A DNA stretch of 59,243 bases, taken from Minisyncoccota bacterium. GTDB lineage: Bacteria; Patescibacteriota; Minisyncoccia; UBA6257; 1-14-0-10-40-38. This document shows positions 55,468 through 59,243 of the stretch, piece by piece. The translations under genes were made by a program, and so were the position numbers. Where the stretch lies: assembly GCA_009694925.1 (NCBI GenBank), contig SIBX01000001.1, positions 1 through 59,243 on the forward strand. The letters are read 5' to 3'. Below the pieces are notes generated by a model. The model had not been told where the DNA came from. It made no database searches and worked only from the letters and a program-made list of their open reading frames with translations. How positions within the stretch are numbered: the stretch's first letter is position 1; the number at the start of each line of letters is the position of its first letter.

Positions 55468-57501
55468 ATGAAAATTCCACCAACAAAAAAGCAAAATATA
55501 GTAGAAAAAATAAATAACATATCCATAAACGACCAATATCGCTATCTAGAGGATCAAGAAAATCCAGAAGTTAAAGAATGGATCAAAGCTCAAAATGAAT
55601 ATACATATTCTTTCTTAAAAAATAAAAGTTTTGAAATATTTTCTAATGAATTGGCTAAAAATTTTAAAGTAGTAAATTTTGGCAATCCTCATCTTAAAAA
55701 TGGTAGATATTTTTATTCCGAACGCCAGAAGAACGAAGATCAAAGCGTGATCTATTTTAAAAACGGCATAGACGGCGAACCAATAAAACTTATTGATCCA
55801 AACTCTAAAGATTCTAAAAACATTACCACTATAGATTTTTGGGTTGTTTCCAAAAGTGGAAAATATCTTGTCTACGGTCTTTCAAAAGGAGGCACGGAGA
55901 TGGCCACGCTTTATATAAAAAATGTTGACGAAAATAAAAACTTAAAAGAAGAAATTCCAAACTGTAGATATTCCAGCGTTGCCTGGCTTCCAGACGATTC
56001 TGGTTTTTTTTATACGCGGAATCCAAAACCGGGCACCGTGGAAAAATCCGAAGAGCATCTTTATTCAAAAATTCATTTTCATAAATTAGGAGAAAATCCA
56101 GAAAACGATGAGTTGATTTTTGGTAAAGACAGACCTAAAGACGACCTGCTAAGACTAAAAACATCTACTAGTGGTGAATATCTAACAATAGAAGTTTCCA
56201 ATAAATGGACAGAAAACGAAGTTCATCTTTATAATTATAAAACTAAAGAAATTAGAGCATTAATCACCGGAATTCCGGCTAATTTTTATTTGAATTTTCA
56301 TAAAGAAAAGGTATTTCTATATACAAATCATAACGCGAGCAACGGAAAAATTTTAGTCACCAACATTCAAGATATTTTTTCACCGCTAACTAAATGGAAA
56401 AAATTTATTCCGGAAAGAAAATACAACTTAGAATCAATAAGTATGACAAAATCTAAAATCTTAATCGAATATTTAGTTAATGCTTGCTCGAAAGTTGTTT
56501 TGTTTGATTATGAAGGAAAAGAGATTGGAGAGCTTCCATTCCCTAAATATTCCAGTCTAGCTGGAATCTCTTCTAATCGAGACGAAGAAGAATTTTTTTA
56601 TAGCGTTAATTCTTTTACTTTTCCACAAATATCATACAGATATATTCCAAAAGAAAATAAATATGTAGAGTATCGTAAGACAGATAATCCAATAAACCCC
56701 GATGATTATATAGTTAAGCAGGAATGGTGCAAATCGAAAGATGGAACTAAAATTCCAATGTTTATTTTTCATAAGAAAAATTTATCACTCAATGGGAAAA
56801 ACCCGACTATCCTTTATGGTTATGGTGGATTTGGAACATCCGAAGTCCCAGAGTTTTGGAGAACTTATGTTCCATGGGTGGAAAGAGGTGGAATATATGT
56901 AATCGCAAATATAAGGGGTGGTGGAGAATTTGGTCAAAACTGGCACAAAAAAGGCATTAAAGAGAATAAACAAAATAGCTTTGATGATTTTATAGCTTGT
57001 GCAAAATATCTTATAAAAAAGAAATATACCAGTCATGAACATCTAGCCGCTTCTGGCGGAAGTAATGGTGGGCTATTAGTTTCTGCTGTTGCGGTTCAAG
57101 AACCTAAATTATTCGCAGGTGTTCGTTCTGGGGTTCCATTAACCGACATGGTTAGATTTCATAAATTTGGGATAGCTTCTCGTTGGGTTAATGAATATGG
57201 ATCTCCAGAAGTCAAAAAAGACTTAAAAAATATTTTGAAATGGAGTCCGTATCATAATGTAAAAAAGGGCATAGAATATCCATCAATTCTATTTACAACC
57301 GGTATCAATGACACAAGAGTTAATCCCCTTCACGCAAGAAAAATGACTGCAATCCTCCAATCGGTAAATAAGAAAAATAAAATATTTCTTTTAACAGAAA
57401 TGGATTCTGGTCATGGCGCTGGAAAACCAATCAAGAAAATAATTGAAACCCAAGCGATGATCTTATTTTTTTTCGCAGAAACATTAGGTTTAAAAATTTA
57501 A
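55468..57501 (+). CDS. Prolyl oligopeptidase (S9A)
   Basis: D.YRYLED, SKDGTKIPMF, YGYGGF, GGSNGGLL (catalytic Ser), DTRV, GHG. Confidence 0.95.
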   Translation: MKIPPTKKQNIVEKINNISINDQYRYLEDQENPEVKEWIKAQNEYTYSFLKNKSFEIFSNELAKNFKVVNFGNPHLKNGRYFYSERQKNEDQSVIYFKNGIDGEPIKLIDPNSKDSKNITTIDFWVVSKSGKYLVYGLSKGGTEMATLYIKNVDENKNLKEEIPNCRYSSVAWLPDDSGFFYTRNPKPGTVEKSEEHLYSKIHFHKLGENPENDELIFGKDRPKDDLLRLKTSTSGEYLTIEVSNKWTENEVHLYNYKTKEIRALITGIPANFYLNFHKEKVFLYTNHNASNGKILVTNIQDIFSPLTKWKKFIPERKYNLESISMTKSKILIEYLVNACSKVVLFDYEGKEIGELPFPKYSSLAGISSNRDEEEFFYSVNSFTFPQISYRYIPKENKYVEYRKTDNPINPDDYIVKQEWCKSKDGTKIPMFIFHKKNLSLNGKNPTILYGYGGFGTSEVPEFWRTYVPWVERGGIYVIANIRGGGEFGQNWHKKGIKENKQNSFDDFIACAKYLIKKKYTSHEHLAASGGSNGGLLVSAVAVQEPKLFAGVRSGVPLTDMVRFHKFGIASRWVNEYGSPEVKKDLKNILKWSPYHNVKKGIEYPSILFTTGINDTRVNPLHARKMTAILQSVNKKNKIFLLTEMDSGHGAGKPIKKIIETQAMILFFFAETLGLKI

Positions 57502-57549
57502 ATTTATTAAAATTTCCCCACTTGACGAAAGTGTGATACAGTGTTTTCT

Positions 57550-58257
57550 ATGCAAGATAAGCCACTATATCCGATGAGGATAAATAAATATCTAGCTTTA
57601 AAACAATACTCAACTCGCAGAGGCGCAGATGAGCTTATTTCGACTAAAAAAGTTTTTATTAATGGCAAATTAGCTGTTTTAGGCGATAAGGTTCAGGAGA
57701 AAGATAAAGTAGAAGTTAAGGGGCATAGCGCCATAAAAAATTATGTTTATTACGCATACAACAAGCCGGTTGGAGTAATCACCCATTCACCCCAAGAAGG
57801 AGAAGATGAAATTAAAGACATATTTCCTATACCTGGAGTTTTTCCAATTGGTAGATTAGATAAAAATTCCAGTGGTTTAATTATTTTAACTAATGACGGC
57901 AGAATCACCGACAAACTTCTAAATCCAGAATATTCCCACGAAAAAGAATATTTAGTTAAAACTAGAGATAAAATTCGCTCTAATTTTAAAGAAAAAATGG
58001 AAGCCGGAGTTGATATTGATGGCTATATAACCAAAAACTGCAAAGTAGATGTTTTAAATGAGAATACTTTCAGAATAACTTTAACCGAAGGTAAAAAACA
58101 TCAAATCAGAAGAATGTGTGTTGCTCTCTTTAATGAAGTTTATGATCTTAGAAGAACTAGAATAATGAACATTCCTCTTGGTCGTCTCTACGCAGGAGAA
58201 TATCGCCCCATAGAAGGTAAAGAACTTTCAATCTTCCTAAAAAGCTTAGGATTTTAA
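57550..58257 (+). CDS. rRNA pseudouridine synthase (RsuA/RluB/RluF family)
   Basis: S4 domain RINKYLA..STRRGADELI, GRLDKNSSGL, EGKKHQIRRM. Confidence 0.93.
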   Translation: MQDKPLYPMRINKYLALKQYSTRRGADELISTKKVFINGKLAVLGDKVQEKDKVEVKGHSAIKNYVYYAYNKPVGVITHSPQEGEDEIKDIFPIPGVFPIGRLDKNSSGLIILTNDGRITDKLLNPEYSHEKEYLVKTRDKIRSNFKEKMEAGVDIDGYITKNCKVDVLNENTFRITLTEGKKHQIRRMCVALFNEVYDLRRTRIMNIPLGRLYAGEYRPIEGKELSIFLKSLGF

Positions 58258-58270
58258 AATGTATAAATTA

Positions 58271-58309
58271 AAAAACACTCGCTCGTCCGTATAGACGAGG
58301 AGTGTTTTG
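58271..58309. terminator. Hairpin between convergent genes
   Basis: AAAACACTC...GAGTGTTTT with inner CTCGTC/GACGAG. Confidence 0.7.
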
Positions 58310-58311
58310 TG

Positions 58312-59082
58312 TTATCTAGATTTTGTAGGCATCACCCCTACCATCCTGCGAACCAAAACAGGATCAAGCTCTGTATGCGACTTACTAACCCCAGTAGCTA
58401 CAAGAAAAATATCAGCATTAGGAAGATATAGTTGAACATTGTCTGGTGTAATCCCGCTCGCTATCGCTAGTGCGTGATTCCCGATTGCTCCTCTTATTGC
58501 TCGAATCTTTTCCGGATCTGGTGGCGATCCGGTTGCTTCACCGCTCGTAGTAATGACTTCCATGAATGGAATAGCAAGTCTCGCGACGCGAGTCAAATCT
58601 CTCACCGGAGTTTGATGCTTGAAGGCCACGCCTCCAAAAATCAGCGGCAATCCAGGAATTCCTCCTCCCTTAATTGCCATATTAACCCTCGCAATCCTAC
58701 AAGGATCTTCTTCGTCTTCGCGGATGCCACCGTCATCAATCCAAACAGCGAATATTTTGTGCATTACTGCCAATCGAATCGCATCTTCACCCGAAAGATC
58801 TAAGAAGTTAACTCCGATTTCCAATCCTTGTCCCGGTCCCTTAGAGGTTTTAAACTCTTTTCTAACAGCAAAGAAGTGTTGCAGAAGAGTTGCGTATGTC
58901 ATTCCATGACCAATTAGAAAAACACACTTCACCCCAGCATCAAAAGCAATTCCTACATTCCTCATAACCTGCGATCTATTCTCGGCATGAATCACGATGG
59001 CCAACACATGATTAGTGTTGATACCATCTCTTAAACAGAAAGTTGCGCCGGACAAAATCATTCTGGGATCCATTTGGCTCAT
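58312..59082 (-). CDS. BtpA/SgcQ-family TIM-barrel protein
   Basis: VIH, IGVNFL, FGGVAFK, TTSG.ATG, LAIASGITPDNV, FLVATG; AGGAGG upstream; GC higher than neighbours. Confidence 0.8.
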   Translation of the reverse strand: MSQMDPRMILSGATFCLRDGINTNHVLAIVIHAENRSQVMRNVGIAFDAGVKCVFLIGHGMTYATLLQHFFAVRKEFKTSKGPGQGLEIGVNFLDLSGEDAIRLAVMHKIFAVWIDDGGIREDEEDPCRIARVNMAIKGGGIPGLPLIFGGVAFKHQTPVRDLTRVARLAIPFMEVITTSGEATGSPPDPEKIRAIRGAIGNHALAIASGITPDNVQLYLPNADIFLVATGVSKSHTELDPVLVRRMVGVMPTKSR

Positions 59083-59243
59083 GCCTCCTGTGTTTGTTTT
59101 TTTATTTGTGCTATCTAAAATATATCAACTATTCAAACTAAATCAATAGAAATTAGCTTTTTAAAATCTGATCTATTCTTTTTGCGAGCTTGATCATATC
59201 TTTTTCTTTCGCTCCGCGAGTAGTCTCCGCAGCTGTTCCTAAA

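Noticed and set aside
54620..57501. Prophage or integrative element at tRNA-Gln
   Set aside because: No integrase and no duplicated tRNA 3' end seen in the window
7741..58309. Islet hairpins as integron attC sites
   Set aside because: No consistent RYYYAAC/GTTRRRY ends, no integron integrase, islets are dispersed and carry their own promoters; most hairpins are followed by T-runs like terminators
1..59243. Alternative genetic code (TGA=Gly, as in Gracilibacteria)
   Set aside because: Conserved genes are full-length under code 11 and rplI ends at TGA at the expected length
59133..59243. Possible 3' end of a minus-strand gene at the window edge
   Set aside because: Only about 36 codons are visible and nothing is recognisable

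Overview
AT-rich bacterial chromosome segment using the standard code (TGA is a stop, e.g. rplI). Gene content points to Patescibacteria/CPR, most likely Parcubacteria; this is an inference from the type IV pilins, peptidoglycan-binding and Ig-like surface proteins, rpL9, and recognisable CPR-type hypothetical proteins. The backbone is ordinary housekeeping: fmt-def, ctpA, rplI, rpmA, rnpB, msrA, adk-map, greA-lysS, serS, ddl, alr, ychF, typA, dnaX, scpAB, mraY-ftsW-murG, gltX, tRNA-Gln and a pseudouridine synthase. The unusual part is about 19 short GC-rich islets (0.1-0.8 kb) between housekeeping genes. Most are self-contained units: a sigma70 -35/-10 promoter, a GC-rich body, then a long hairpin terminator. 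About a dozen encode orphan, often Cys/Zn-motif or secreted, small proteins, mostly behind Shine-Dalgarno-like sites. In contrast, the AT-rich core genes inspected lack SD sites and often look leaderless. About seven islets have no credible ORF and fold by eye into multi-stem RNAs, several with paired 5'/3' ends, making them candidate novel ncRNAs. Other observations: a GIY-YIG nuclease gene bracketed by a perfect 20-bp inverted repeat, a three-copy REP-like palindrome family next to the ncRNA islets, two apparent pseudo-enzymes, and a duplicated promoter plus 5' fragment of the pseudouridine synthase gene flanking a prolyl oligopeptidase. No database search or folding software was run; all assignments come from reading motifs by eye.
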